From positions 660,001-692,000 of the forward strand of contig NC_017459.1 of NCBI RefSeq assembly GCF_000237865.1: a stretch of 32,000 nt of DNA. Direction: 5' to 3'. This document shows, in pieces, positions 16,471 through 26,711 of the stretch; within the stretch, counting starts at the first letter, position 1, and every line of letters begins with the position of its first letter. The notes under the pieces are model-generated. The model was not told the origin of the DNA. It saw only the letters and a program-made list of their open reading frames with translations, and made no database searches. The stretch is from Haloquadratum walsbyi C23 (GTDB lineage: Archaea > Halobacteriota > Halobacteria > Halobacteriales > Haloferacaceae). Position numbers and translations under genes: made by a program.

Positions 16471-17148
16471 ATGGACGCAACAGTCACTGTCAAAGAAGCT
16501 CAATCCGTTGGTCCGCAGACAGTCACGATTACTATGCAGTCACCCCCAGCGTTCACTGCAAAACCAGGACAATTCCTTCGGGTTACAGCGACCATCGACG
16601 ATGAAGAATATGCGCGGTTTTATACAATTTCATCACCAGATGTCGAGGAAACTATCGAAATCACCGTTGGCATCGACCCATCAGATGCAGGACCGTTCAG
16701 TCAGTATCTCGCTGATATCGAATCTGGGTCAAAACTCTCGATCGCTGGACCATTTGGACAGCACTATTATGAGGATTCAGACCGCGCTGTTGTGCTTGCT
16801 GGCGGACCTGGAATCGGTCCTGCGGTTGGCATTGGCGATGCAGCGGATGCTGCTGGAAATGAGGTTGCAATTGTTTATGTCTCTGAGACGGCGACTCCAG
16901 CGCATCGACCACGATTGAATGCGCTTGCAGACGCGGGAAATAATGTTACAATCTTCACCACTGCATCTGATAGTCAATCAGGAATCGTCCCCCCGGAATT
17001 TGATGATGCGGTTGCTGATATCATTACTGGGGTATCGACAGAACAAACATTTGTGTATGGATTTGAAGGATTCATTGAGGCAGCAACTGATGCGCTTGAA
17101 TCTGCCTCGATAAATCCTGACGAAGCGAAAATTGAAAATTTTGGATAA
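16471..17148 (+). CDS. Ferredoxin-NAD(P)+ reductase-like oxidoreductase (FAD-binding + NAD(P)-binding domains)
   Basis: 225-aa ORF. It has the FNR-family motifs R.YS (ARFYTISS) and GGxGxxP (AGGPGIGP), and a PGQFLRV beta-barrel strand. Confidence 0.7.
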   Translation: MDATVTVKEAQSVGPQTVTITMQSPPAFTAKPGQFLRVTATIDDEEYARFYTISSPDVEETIEITVGIDPSDAGPFSQYLADIESGSKLSIAGPFGQHYYEDSDRAVVLAGGPGIGPAVGIGDAADAAGNEVAIVYVSETATPAHRPRLNALADAGNNVTIFTTASDSQSGIVPPEFDDAVADIITGVSTEQTFVYGFEGFIEAATDALESASINPDEAKIENFG

Positions 17149-17284
17149 AATAACTGTTGAGACTAAACCAATACTTGATAGCTAGTCAAACGATTAGTAT
17201 CCACAATATATCAGTGCAGTGGGGCGCAACTTCTCACGATATTAGAATTTGCTTATAGGTATTTTTATTAAGAATCAAAACGGG

Positions 17285-17310
17285 TACTTTGGGGCTTGAC
17301 CCTGAGGTAG
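17285..17310 (-). repeat. tnpB 3'-end hairpin relic
   Basis: The reverse complement, TACCTCAGGGTCAAGCCCCAAAG, matches TACCTCGGGGTCAAGCCCCGAGG at 4985-5007 at 20/23 positions. Confidence 0.45.
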
Positions 17311-17330
17311 CTGACTAGCTGACTAGCTGA
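17308..17330. repeat. Tandem 8-nt repeat (TAGCTGAC x ~3)
   Basis: Read directly as TAGCTGACTAGCTGACTAGCTGA. It puts stop codons in all three plus-strand frames and lies 92 nt upstream of the acs start codon. Confidence 0.85.
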
Positions 17331-17421
17331 GTTATTTATTGGCTACATACGACACTATGTCAGATATGCAGAATGATTCCTTCAGATTTATACCTGATGC
17401 ATAAAATAGTTAGAATAGATT

Positions 17422-19401
17422 ATGACAGATGACGATGTCGAACTCGAGGCACGCCTTGCTGAGCAGGAAAGCTTTGATCCGCCGGCGTCGTTTGTCGATC
17501 AGGCAAACGTCACAGACGAGGCCATTTATGATGAGTTCTCTGAAAATTGGCCTGAGTGTTGGACTCGCGCGGCTGATCTGCTTTCTTGGGACAGTGAATA
17601 CTCGACTGTTCTTGATGACTCAGATGAGCCGTTCTACGAATGGTTCGCTGATGGTAATCTGAACGCCGCATATAATTGCGTTGACCGGCATGTCGAAGAC
17701 GGCAATAAAAACCGGGTTGCAATCAAGTGGGAAGGTGAACACGGTAACACTCGCACGTATACATATCAAGATCTGTATCGTGAAGTAAATGAATTTGCTG
17801 CCACACTGCAGGAACTTGGGGTGAAAGAAAACGATGTTGTCACGATGTATATGCCAATGATTCCTGAGCTTCCGATTGCAATGCTTGCATGTGCACGCAT
17901 CGGTGCCCCACACTCAGTTGTGTTTGCTGGATTCTCCGCAGATGCGCTTGCAACGCGGATGAATTCTGCCGACTCTGAATATCTCATCACCGCCGATGGG
18001 TATTATCGACGCGGTGATGCACTTGATCACTTCCAGAAAGCACAAGAAGGACTTGATAATGTCGAGCACGATGTCGCCGCAAGCGTTGTTGTGGACCGTC
18101 TTGGCGATGACGGATTCGGTCATGAACTGAGTGAAACGCAGTATGACTGGGACTCACTCATGGATGCACACCGCGGTGACCGAGTTGCACCCGTTGAGCG
18201 AAACGCTGAGGATATGCTGTTTTTGATGTACACTTCTGGTACAACTGGCGAACCAAAAGGTGTTAAACACACAACTGGCGGTTATCTTGCTTACACCGCC
18301 TGGACAGCACAATCAGTGTTAGATCTTGAACCTGGTGACACCTACTGGTGCTCAGCTGACATTGGCTGGATTACCGGACATTCATATATTGTTTACGGTC
18401 CACTCGCATTGGGCACGACAACGGTCATGTATGAGGGAACACCGGATTACCCCGAGCGGGATCGACTCTGGGATATTATTGAAAAATACGCCGTTGATGT
18501 GTTCTATACGGCTCCAACAGCAATCCGAGCCTTCATGAAGTGGGGTACGGAATATCCTGACTCTCATGATTTATCGAGTCTTCGGCTGCTTGGAACTGTT
18601 GGCGAACCGATTAATCCACGCGCATGGAAGTGGTATTATACCCACATCGGTGATGAGTCTTGCCCGATTGTCGATACATGGTGGCAGACAGAAACAGGCG
18701 GAATGATGGTTACGACTCTCCCGGGCATTGGGACAATGAAACCAGGTTCTGCCGGTCCACCCTCGCCAGGAATCGATGCGACAATTGTTGATACCGCCGG
18801 TGAGGACGTCGATGCAGGTCGGGCAGGATATCTTACGGTGAATAAACCATGGCCGGGGATGCTTCGAACGCTGTATCAGAATGATGAACGGTTCATTGAT
18901 GAATACTGGGAGGAGTATTCCGACCCAGATACCGATGAATGGGTATATTTCCCGGAAGATGGCGCCAAGATCGACGATGACGGCTATATAACAATATTGG
19001 GGCGGGTTGATGATGTACTCAATGTATCAGGACATCGGCTCGGAACCATGGAGATTGAGTCAGCAATCGTCGGTGTGAATGGTGTTGCAGAAGCAGCAGT
19101 CGTTGGCGGTGATCATGATCTGAAAGGTGAGGCTGTATATGCATATGTCATCACTGAAGACGGATATGCTGAAGATGAGGACCTAAGAGAATCAATCATC
19201 AAAGGCGTTGAAGATGGAATCGGTCCGATTGCACGACCAGAACAAGTTATATTTACCGAGGAGCTGCCAAAGACGCGATCAGGCAAAATTATGCGACGCC
19301 TTCTTGAGGAGATTGCAAACGGTGAAGAATTGGGAGACACAACAACACTCAGAAACCCAGAAATTGTTGACGAAATCGAGGCAAAAGTCAGTGGCGATTG
19401 A
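17422..19401 (+). CDS. acs: Acetyl-CoA synthetase (AMP-forming acetate--CoA ligase)
   Basis: 659-aa ORF with the AMP-binding signature YTSGTTGEPKG, WWQTETGG, and the C-terminal PKTRSGKIMRR motif. The full-length layout is typical of Acs. Confidence 0.95.
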   Translation: MTDDDVELEARLAEQESFDPPASFVDQANVTDEAIYDEFSENWPECWTRAADLLSWDSEYSTVLDDSDEPFYEWFADGNLNAAYNCVDRHVEDGNKNRVAIKWEGEHGNTRTYTYQDLYREVNEFAATLQELGVKENDVVTMYMPMIPELPIAMLACARIGAPHSVVFAGFSADALATRMNSADSEYLITADGYYRRGDALDHFQKAQEGLDNVEHDVAASVVVDRLGDDGFGHELSETQYDWDSLMDAHRGDRVAPVERNAEDMLFLMYTSGTTGEPKGVKHTTGGYLAYTAWTAQSVLDLEPGDTYWCSADIGWITGHSYIVYGPLALGTTTVMYEGTPDYPERDRLWDIIEKYAVDVFYTAPTAIRAFMKWGTEYPDSHDLSSLRLLGTVGEPINPRAWKWYYTHIGDESCPIVDTWWQTETGGMMVTTLPGIGTMKPGSAGPPSPGIDATIVDTAGEDVDAGRAGYLTVNKPWPGMLRTLYQNDERFIDEYWEEYSDPDTDEWVYFPEDGAKIDDDGYITILGRVDDVLNVSGHRLGTMEIESAIVGVNGVAEAAVVGGDHDLKGEAVYAYVITEDGYAEDEDLRESIIKGVEDGIGPIARPEQVIFTEELPKTRSGKIMRRLLEEIANGEELGDTTTLRNPEIVDEIEAKVSGD

Positions 19402-19530
19402 TAACCGCGGTCTCACACGTTAGAAATACCAACTTTCTTATCAATCTCCCAGGATTGCACTTACGCTTGCGGTTGTGCCGGATACATGCGTGGTGTCCAA
19501 TAAATCTCAATTTTCAGTTATAAAAACAAC

Positions 19531-19568
19531 GGAGAATACTCGTATTCTCAGATGCTGGAGGATGTCAA
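19531..19568 (+). repeat. IS1341-type right-end relic (hairpin + GGAGGATGTCAA terminus)
   Basis: A perfect 8-bp hairpin GAGAATACtcGTATTCTC (19532-19549) is followed by GGAGGATGTCAA (19557-19568). That 12-mer is identical to the terminus of the 9803 element. Confidence 0.4.
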
Positions 19569-19598
19569 GATGAATATACGCATTTATTATATGTGTGA

Positions 19599-21998
19599 TT
19601 AATCGCTTGTTGTTGGATCATTTGTTGATGGCGTATCAGTGTCTGTGTGCTGGTTGATATCCGTGTCAATTGGATTTGATTCTGGCGGTGACCCAAGGAT
19701 GGGAGCCACAGTTAACACCGCAGGAAGCACCGTAAACGCAGTCAAAAGGGCAAACGAAATCGCAAGAACGGTTGTTCGTCCAAAGTTTGCGAGGACTGGG
19801 AACCGTGAGATCATCAATACACCGAAGCCAAATATTGTTGTAAAGCTGGACCCGATAATTGGACGCGATAGCTTCGCAACAGCAGTTGCAGCAGCTCCAC
19901 GCTGTGTTTGACCCTGTGTTTCGACCTCATACTCAAATCGCTCGAAGAGATGGATCCCATAATCAACACCAATCCCGAGAGTCAGTGATGACATCGTTAT
20001 CGTCAATGGATTCCATGGAATCCCGAACACATACATCGCTCCTGTTACGAGCACAGCAGCGCTTGCAGCGACACTTAGAACAAGCGCAGCAGCAATTCGT
20101 ATCGAGAGGAACGCAAACGCAAGGAATGACAACCCAAGCCCAAAGGAAAGAAGTGTCATCGGTGTGAGACCAGCGGTTACGTTCTCAATGACATTTCGAT
20201 TTAACACTGGCTTACCTGTAATCCGAACATCCTCAGCAGTCGTTAATGATAATGCTGCATTAGTTTCAAAGGCAGTGATGAGTGAACGGACACTTTCGCC
20301 CTCAATATCGTCGACATAAAATGAGAGCACGATCGTCGATGGTGTCTCATCCGGATCTCGCACATCGGTCATCCCATCGGTGTTGTGCAGACGCTCAATC
20401 GTCTGGGTCAGCCCTGTCTGCGTTTGCGGGATTGATCCATCTGTTGCCATTTGAACACTTGTCACGGGTGATTGGACTGCATTCACCTGCTCATTCGCAA
20501 TCATAAGTCGTTGATATGTGGCAATATCACGGAACGTTTCTGGGGTATATGCCTGATCTGTATCGATCATGACATACACTACCTTCGGACTTTCAACTGT
20601 TTCAGAGAGTTCCTCCATATCATTCTTCTCAGCGAGGTCCTGCGGCCAGAAGTCCATCATCTCCTGTTTTGGCTCGACTTGCGGATATGCATAGACACCA
20701 CCAGAAACGAGCAAGATCGCAATTCCAAGCGTAATAAGTGGATGCCCACCAGTAACGCTCGACGTAAATCGATGGAGAACTGCTTGAAGCCAATCGTCAC
20801 TCGACTTACTGGTCGTTTCGGTCGCCACATGTCCATCACGGTCAAACCGGACAAGCAGTGCTGGAAGCATTGTGACCGCGAGAATCATTGCTGCAAGCAC
20901 AGCAACAGCACTCGTTACACCAAATTGCCGGACTGGTGGGACCGCTGAGACAAGAAGTGATCCTAATCCAACTACAGTTGTCCCCATTGCAATCAGTAAC
21001 GCTCGACCGGTCGTTCGTGTTGCGATCCCGATTGCATCAAGCGAGTTGTTACCTGCTCGCCTTTCCTCAACATATCGTGAGTGAATCTGGAGACTATAGT
21101 CAATCCCTAATCCAAGTGCAATTGGCATCACACCGAGCATGATTGCATTGAAATCATATCCCAAGATGCCCATTGCCCCCATCATATACAGTAATGCAGT
21201 CATTGCTGTTCCAAGTGGGAGTATGACATGCCACCCTTTCTCGACAGTCTCACGCATCACAAGATATACCACAATGAAGATGAGCGAAAATGCGCCTCCA
21301 AAGAGCGCAATCATCTCTGGAAGCATCAGTCCAAACGCTGCGTTTTCGAAGACAGGTTGCCCCGTAATTGTCGTTGACATCCCTGGCGGCATCGCTGCAA
21401 ACGCCGTCTCTGATTTGACTGATGAATATACGACATCAGCACCACGCTCAGGTAAAAATGCCCCGCGGTCGTATCGATCGACATCGCCGTAACTTGCGAG
21501 GATGATTGTCGTCCCTGCCTCCGGTGTAAGTCGATTAACCATCTCGTCAGCTACTGGTCCACGCTGTTCAACTCGTGCAATGGCACTCCGAACGCCCGCT
21601 TTTGTTTCAGGTATTTCACCATCAGCGCCTCGCCTGACAATATCTGCGAGTGAAGTAACGCTCTCTATTGAGTCGACATTCGATCCATACTGCTGGTCAA
21701 GTCTATCAATTGCCCGAATTGTCTCAGGATCATACAACTGATCTGATTCGACAATAACGAAAATATTGTTTCCTGTATTGTATGTATCCTTTAGTGACTC
21801 CCAATTATTGGCTGTTTGAGAGTCATCATTGATGTACAGGGTCATCCCCATACTCATTTGTACAGCACTGAATCCAACACCAAGTGATATGATTGCAGTA
21901 ACAGCAACAACAGCGAATACCTGCCGCTGATTACTAGCAGCATACCGTCCTGTCGCTTCAAGTCCATCACGGACCCGTTCACCAAATCGTGTTGTCAT
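19599..21998 (-). CDS. RND-superfamily transporter, HAE3/MMPL-like (12 TM, two large extracytoplasmic loops)
   Basis: 799-aa ORF. Its two homologous halves each have TM1, a ~170-aa loop and then 5 TM helices. It carries GLGIDYSLQIHSRYVEE and GIGVDYGIHLFERFEYE motifs. The start lies 5 nt after the upstream gene's stop. Confidence 0.85.
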   Translation of the reverse strand: MTTRFGERVRDGLEATGRYAASNQRQVFAVVAVTAIISLGVGFSAVQMSMGMTLYINDDSQTANNWESLKDTYNTGNNIFVIVESDQLYDPETIRAIDRLDQQYGSNVDSIESVTSLADIVRRGADGEIPETKAGVRSAIARVEQRGPVADEMVNRLTPEAGTTIILASYGDVDRYDRGAFLPERGADVVYSSVKSETAFAAMPPGMSTTITGQPVFENAAFGLMLPEMIALFGGAFSLIFIVVYLVMRETVEKGWHVILPLGTAMTALLYMMGAMGILGYDFNAIMLGVMPIALGLGIDYSLQIHSRYVEERRAGNNSLDAIGIATRTTGRALLIAMGTTVVGLGSLLVSAVPPVRQFGVTSAVAVLAAMILAVTMLPALLVRFDRDGHVATETTSKSSDDWLQAVLHRFTSSVTGGHPLITLGIAILLVSGGVYAYPQVEPKQEMMDFWPQDLAEKNDMEELSETVESPKVVYVMIDTDQAYTPETFRDIATYQRLMIANEQVNAVQSPVTSVQMATDGSIPQTQTGLTQTIERLHNTDGMTDVRDPDETPSTIVLSFYVDDIEGESVRSLITAFETNAALSLTTAEDVRITGKPVLNRNVIENVTAGLTPMTLLSFGLGLSFLAFAFLSIRIAAALVLSVAASAAVLVTGAMYVFGIPWNPLTITMSSLTLGIGVDYGIHLFERFEYEVETQGQTQRGAAATAVAKLSRPIIGSSFTTIFGFGVLMISRFPVLANFGRTTVLAISFALLTAFTVLPAVLTVAPILGSPPESNPIDTDINQHTDTDTPSTNDPTTSD

Positions 21999-22003
21999 TG
22001 CGG

Positions 22004-23659
22004 TTATCGAAGGCGTGAGAACGGTTTCGTTTGATATACAACACCGGCAACAAGTGCAATCGGAATAACGACGCCCGCAATGACGATACCTGGAACTGGT
22101 AGCCCTCCGTCACTAGCGGTAATCGTGATTGGTGCCGACTGAATGTCACTCACGACTGTTTCGCCGAATGCATTGTCATATTTGATACTTGTATCAAGTG
22201 AATATGTCTTTGCTGCGGCAGACCCATCAGCACTGACTGTATAACTCACGGTTGTTGTTTCACCAGGCTTGAGCATCCCAATATACGTTGTGTCATCATC
22301 AGTTTCAAATGGTGAATTGGCATTGACACGGACAACGGCATCTCGGAATTCCCCTTCACCAGTGTTTTTAATCGTGAATCGGAGTGTTTCCGTTTGTCCG
22401 GCTGTTACTGCTGCGGTGTTTGTGACCGCGAAAGATTTCTCAGGACCAACAGGCACATCAACCGATAGTGGATCACTCGTTACATCATTTCCATATGTGT
22501 CATCATGAATGATACGAACTGTCAGTGGATACTCTTGTGGAATCGCACGATCTGACACCTCAAGTTTAAATCTCGCAGTCGCTGATTCACCGGGATTGAG
22601 TGTTCCAAGACTCGCGCTTGTTGATACAAGGGCAAACGGTTCAATTGGACTCAATTTCGCTCGTGCATTCGGTGCTGTTCGTTCACCTGTATTTGTCACT
22701 GTCACAGCCACAGAACCAATCGAATCGACATACATCGCCCTTGCTTCAGTCGAGAGTTTATACTGTGGTCCATTTGAGACCGCTACACTGCCAGTTCGGG
22801 TGAGCGACTGCTCTGGATTTCCATTTTCATCTTCATATCGTAACTGAAAATTCACACCATACGCCCCGGCAGCATCAACATTTTCTACACCAACTTGGAA
22901 TTCTGCCGTCGCCGTCTCATCAGGCTTTAATTCACCAACCGAGACGGCGTTACTCTTTGGATTAAAGTACTCTGATTGCACAATCGAGAGTTCGGCATTT
23001 TGGGCGATCTCACTTCCTGTATTCTGTACTCTCACAGTCATTGTCCCGTCAGCGTCTTTGTACAGGTCCGCCCCCGTGACATCACGCACGCCAAGTCGGA
23101 CAGATTTCTCAACACGGACAGTAATGTGCTCTTTCACCGTCTGTGTATTCCGATTAATGAAATAGTCATTTTTGTCAACATTAATACTATTTATATAGCC
23201 ATATGTAATCTTGACTGGGAGTTGATACACTCCAGGTTGTGCATGTTGGTCCACCTCGATTGTTAGTCCCATCTTTCGGGCATCACCAGCAGCGATCGTT
23301 CCCAGACTTTGTTGTGCTGTTCGAATGTCAAGCGGTGTGTCACCAGCATCAACACTGGCTGTGACCGCTGTTGCAGATCCGACTTGGATCCGATGCGTTT
23401 GAACAACTTGTGCAATATCACCGATTTGACGATCCATACTGGTGATGCCAGTATGCCGGTTCTGTATCAACAGATCGAAGCTCTTCATTTCACCCGCTGC
23501 GACGACATTCTGTTGCTGAATTGTCGGTGTAAGCTCCGGTTCGGAAAAGTCATTATATTGCTCGGCTGCGACACCACCCGACCCGGCGGCGAACGCAGCT
23601 ACAACCATGATTGTGATCAATAAAATTGCCCGCCATTTTTTCCCTAGATAATATTGCAT
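22004..23659 (-). CDS. Membrane-anchored cell-surface protein with tandem beta-sandwich (COG1361/CARDB/DUF11-like) repeats
   Basis: I prefer the start at Met24 of the 574-aa ORF (MQYYLGKKWRAILLITIMVVAAFAAG, a signal/anchor sequence); the ORF-track start is 23728. There are three to four ~100-aa repeats with recurring ..V.NTG.. and ..Y.L...I.Y.. strands. A C-terminal TM helix is followed by a basic tail (VIAGVVIPIALVAGVVYQTKPFSRLR). Confidence 0.7.
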   Translation of the reverse strand: MQYYLGKKWRAILLITIMVVAAFAAGSGGVAAEQYNDFSEPELTPTIQQQNVVAAGEMKSFDLLIQNRHTGITSMDRQIGDIAQVVQTHRIQVGSATAVTASVDAGDTPLDIRTAQQSLGTIAAGDARKMGLTIEVDQHAQPGVYQLPVKITYGYINSINVDKNDYFINRNTQTVKEHITVRVEKSVRLGVRDVTGADLYKDADGTMTVRVQNTGSEIAQNAELSIVQSEYFNPKSNAVSVGELKPDETATAEFQVGVENVDAAGAYGVNFQLRYEDENGNPEQSLTRTGSVAVSNGPQYKLSTEARAMYVDSIGSVAVTVTNTGERTAPNARAKLSPIEPFALVSTSASLGTLNPGESATARFKLEVSDRAIPQEYPLTVRIIHDDTYGNDVTSDPLSVDVPVGPEKSFAVTNTAAVTAGQTETLRFTIKNTGEGEFRDAVVRVNANSPFETDDDTTYIGMLKPGETTTVSYTVSADGSAAAKTYSLDTSIKYDNAFGETVVSDIQSAPITITASDGGLPVPGIVIAGVVIPIALVAGVVYQTKPFSRLR

Positions 23660-23776
23660 TGTATACACATTATTACACACGTCAAGGTTAATAGCTATCG
23701 CTGTTGTTCGCGGGTAATGCACAGACACGAGAATAAAATAAGCTGGCTGCCCTCGCGTTTCGCCCGATATTGCTTC

Positions 23777-24040
23777 TTAAATCGCGAGCGTATACAATCG
23801 CTTTCGTGCGTCTGTAAATGAGATCCGCGCTTCAATAACGTCTGCATCCTCAAGTCGCGATAATGCGTAACGAACTGTTCGCGGTGGTAATAGCGTCTCT
23901 TCAGCCAGCTGACTTTGTGTCAGCTGCTCGTTATAGTCAAGCACCTTTGCAACCAACTTCGCACTCGGGGGCATCTCACGAACGGGATCCCAACGGTCAC
24001 TTGATGTTTCCTCACCCGCGAGTGCCTCTGTTGTACTCAT
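23777..24040 (-). CDS. Small winged-helix (MarR/ArsR-like) DNA-binding protein
   Basis: 87-aa ORF. The motif ..SAKLVAKVLDYNEQLTQSQLAEETLLPPRTVRYALSRLEDADVIEAR....DARKRLYTL is the common haloarchaeal single-domain wHTH pattern. Confidence 0.75.
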   Translation of the reverse strand: MSTTEALAGEETSSDRWDPVREMPPSAKLVAKVLDYNEQLTQSQLAEETLLPPRTVRYALSRLEDADVIEARISFTDARKRLYTLAI

Positions 24041-24120
24041 CGTATGCTTGATTAAACATGTAGAGTGATAATATTTACTGTATCAATATATTACTAGGAA
24101 AAATTATTTCACCGATAATA

Positions 24121-26586
24121 TTATTTATCAATCCACAATTGCCGACGGATATCAGTCCATCCAATTAGTGCAGCAGGAAGCACAAATATCGATGCAATAA
24201 ACGAATAGAGCACGCTGAGGGCAATCAATAACCCGAACTGACCGAGGATTGGGGTTATTGCAAGTATAAGCACACCAGTTCCAGAGGTTGTTGTCAGCAT
24301 GCTTCCGGCGAGCGCACCACCGGTTCCTCTCACACTTACGCTCAGTGCTTCAAATCGATCAACTTCCCCACGATACTCCTCTGTGAATCGATGAACAAGG
24401 TGAGCAGAGTAATCAATTCCCAGCCCAATTCCGACCGAGAGTGTCGTCCCAGTCAGAACATTGAACGGGATATCAAGATATCGCATTGTACTCGCCAGCC
24501 CTGCAATCGTCAATAGAACCGGTAATATGTTTGCAATCCCCAATCCTGGTCGGTTTTCAAGCAGCCAATAGATTGCCACAAGAAATACTGCGGCTGTGAG
24601 TACAGCAATGACAAGGCTCGTATATGCGGATTCTGCAATTACATCTGAAACTGCTTTCCGTACGACAACACTCCCTGTTGCGGTTGACTCCATCCGTATT
24701 TCGGTAGCGAGTTGACGCGTATCGGCTGTAATTGCAGCCTGTGACTTCTCAGCTTTTACTGAATAGATAAGACGGGTAGCGGTATAATCATCAGTAAGAT
24801 ATAATCGTGCTTGATCACCATAGGATGACGCAAATAACTGATCATAGACGATACCAAGATCGTGGTCTGGAATCCCATTCCCATTCTGATCCTTGGCGGA
24901 GATAAGACGGCGAAATGACGCTGACTCTCGTTCATATTGATCAATAACGGTGAGAATGCTCTGCGGTTGCGATTCCCGTTCTGCTGTTACAAACGAGTCA
25001 GGTGGATCCTGATTTGTTTTATGAAGGATCTCAAGTGTTGACCCTTGTCGCATCGATCCCTCAACATACACTGTCACTGTATCATCCTCACTGCTTTCGA
25101 ACGTATTCTCAAGATAATTTGTCGTTTTAGTCACAGTGTACTCACCAGGCGCAAACGGCTCTGGTAGTTCTTCAAGATATCCCGGCGTTTCCTCTGGTGG
25201 AAGAAAGTCGTCTGTCGTAAATCGTGTTTCAACCCCTGTGCCATATCCGCCGAGTGCTGCTGTTAATATCAGTATTGCTAAAAGAAAAATATACGGACTC
25301 CGTCTTGCAATAACGACGCCAACCCCAAGCACCCGACCACCAACTGATCCTGCTCTTCCGATTGGTGTTGTTCCGAATGATGGAATGGAATATTCTACTC
25401 GTTTTCGGTCGAGGAGATGTTTGAATGCTGGAAGGAATATTCCGAAAATAAGAAGCGTGAAGATAATTCCAACAGCAGCAACCAGACCAAACTCGCGAAC
25501 GGGAGCAAGATCACTTACACCATTCGCTGCAAATCCAAGTACTGTTGTCCCAGTGACGATACTAAACGCAGGAAGTAACTGATCCGTCGTTGTCCGCATT
25601 GATGATGAGATGTCTTCACCAGTCACTCGTTCTTCGCGATATCGATTTACCGCATGGATTCCAAAATCAATCCCAACAGCCAGCAGAAGTGGTGGAATTG
25701 CAATAAGTATCTGTGTGAACTCAATTCGTGCCCAACCCATGAACCCAAATGTCCATGCTATCGTCATTGCAAGAGACACTAATCCAATGATCAAATCAAT
25801 CGGGTCACGATACGCGATAATCAAGAATATAAAGATAAGAATGACTGCCGCTGGAACGACGATTATCAATGAGTCAGTTATTACGCCCCCTAACTCCCCA
25901 GAAATGATTCCACTTCCAAAGACGGTAATATCACCACCAGTTGACCCAACAATGAATGTTGCCTCACGTTGCAGTGATGTCAACGGTGACCCACTCTGCG
26001 TCCCAGCGTCATCACTTGTTCCTGCAACCTGATGCGTGATGGTTGCGATTGTCGCTGATGCAGATGGGTCGCGCTCGTTTAGATCGTCACTGAGACGTGA
26101 CCTAACGCTTGGTTGTGTCCGCACAATCGTCCGTGTAACGGTTCGGACGCCTGACTGTGGTGTTCGCTCAACTGCATCAATCTGTGCTGAAAGTGTTGTT
26201 GCTGTTGGGTCAATTTCTGTTGCGATCGTCTGTGCGACACTATTTGTACTGACGACGTTCTGTGAGGTATCACGCTGTATCCGATGCTGCGCCCGTAACA
26301 TCGCAAGTACTGCTGATTTTGTGAGAACATTTCGATCTCGCTGAATCAACGTTGTTGTGCCTGTTCCGGTTCCAAACGGCTCACGCTCGAAGTTATCATT
26401 GACATCCTCAAATGCCTCTTGTGCTGGAACACCCTCACTAAACTGTGAGGTGCCTGAGTCCGTTGCTGTCATTCCAAATCCAACAGCAAGCACGGCAGTA
26501 ATAAGAATAAAAATGAGAATGACTGTTTTATCTCGATTAATAATCCACTCATCAACCTGGTCAATAAGTGACTGATAATCAATCAT
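24121..26586 (-). CDS. RND-superfamily transporter, HAE3/MMPL-like (paralogue of 19599-21998)
   Basis: 821-aa ORF with the same two-halves topology. Its motifs are GIDFGIHAVNRYREE and GLGIDYSAHLVHRFTEE. Confidence 0.85.
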   Translation of the reverse strand: MIDYQSLIDQVDEWIINRDKTVILIFILITAVLAVGFGMTATDSGTSQFSEGVPAQEAFEDVNDNFEREPFGTGTGTTTLIQRDRNVLTKSAVLAMLRAQHRIQRDTSQNVVSTNSVAQTIATEIDPTATTLSAQIDAVERTPQSGVRTVTRTIVRTQPSVRSRLSDDLNERDPSASATIATITHQVAGTSDDAGTQSGSPLTSLQREATFIVGSTGGDITVFGSGIISGELGGVITDSLIIVVPAAVILIFIFLIIAYRDPIDLIIGLVSLAMTIAWTFGFMGWARIEFTQILIAIPPLLLAVGIDFGIHAVNRYREERVTGEDISSSMRTTTDQLLPAFSIVTGTTVLGFAANGVSDLAPVREFGLVAAVGIIFTLLIFGIFLPAFKHLLDRKRVEYSIPSFGTTPIGRAGSVGGRVLGVGVVIARRSPYIFLLAILILTAALGGYGTGVETRFTTDDFLPPEETPGYLEELPEPFAPGEYTVTKTTNYLENTFESSEDDTVTVYVEGSMRQGSTLEILHKTNQDPPDSFVTAERESQPQSILTVIDQYERESASFRRLISAKDQNGNGIPDHDLGIVYDQLFASSYGDQARLYLTDDYTATRLIYSVKAEKSQAAITADTRQLATEIRMESTATGSVVVRKAVSDVIAESAYTSLVIAVLTAAVFLVAIYWLLENRPGLGIANILPVLLTIAGLASTMRYLDIPFNVLTGTTLSVGIGLGIDYSAHLVHRFTEEYRGEVDRFEALSVSVRGTGGALAGSMLTTTSGTGVLILAITPILGQFGLLIALSVLYSFIASIFVLPAALIGWTDIRRQLWIDK

Positions 26587-26711
26587 TCAACTGATTCCAT
26601 CGATCCTGCATTCGGACTCGATTTGTGTATACACTTTTTCGATCGTTGTATCCGTCCCTATTTCTCCGCTCGCTTTGCAGTGATGAGTGAAAGAGACGAT
26701 ACACTACTGAA

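Noticed and set aside
16358-16918. 186-aa plus-strand ORF starting in the AT-rich spacer and overlapping the FNR-like gene in another frame.
   Set aside because: The 16471 frame carries the FNR motifs and an acidic composition. The 16358 frame is basic and low-complexity, and it begins inside the promoter-like AT-rich region.
26625-26634. Perfect palindrome GTGTATACAC in the 125-nt gap between the first surface-protein gene and its RND gene, considered as an operator or terminator.
   Set aside because: It is a single 10-bp palindrome with no second copy upstream of the paralogous module, where the gap is only 5 nt. No T-run follows it on the transcribed strand. It is noted only as a site to examine if operon mapping shows an internal promoter.
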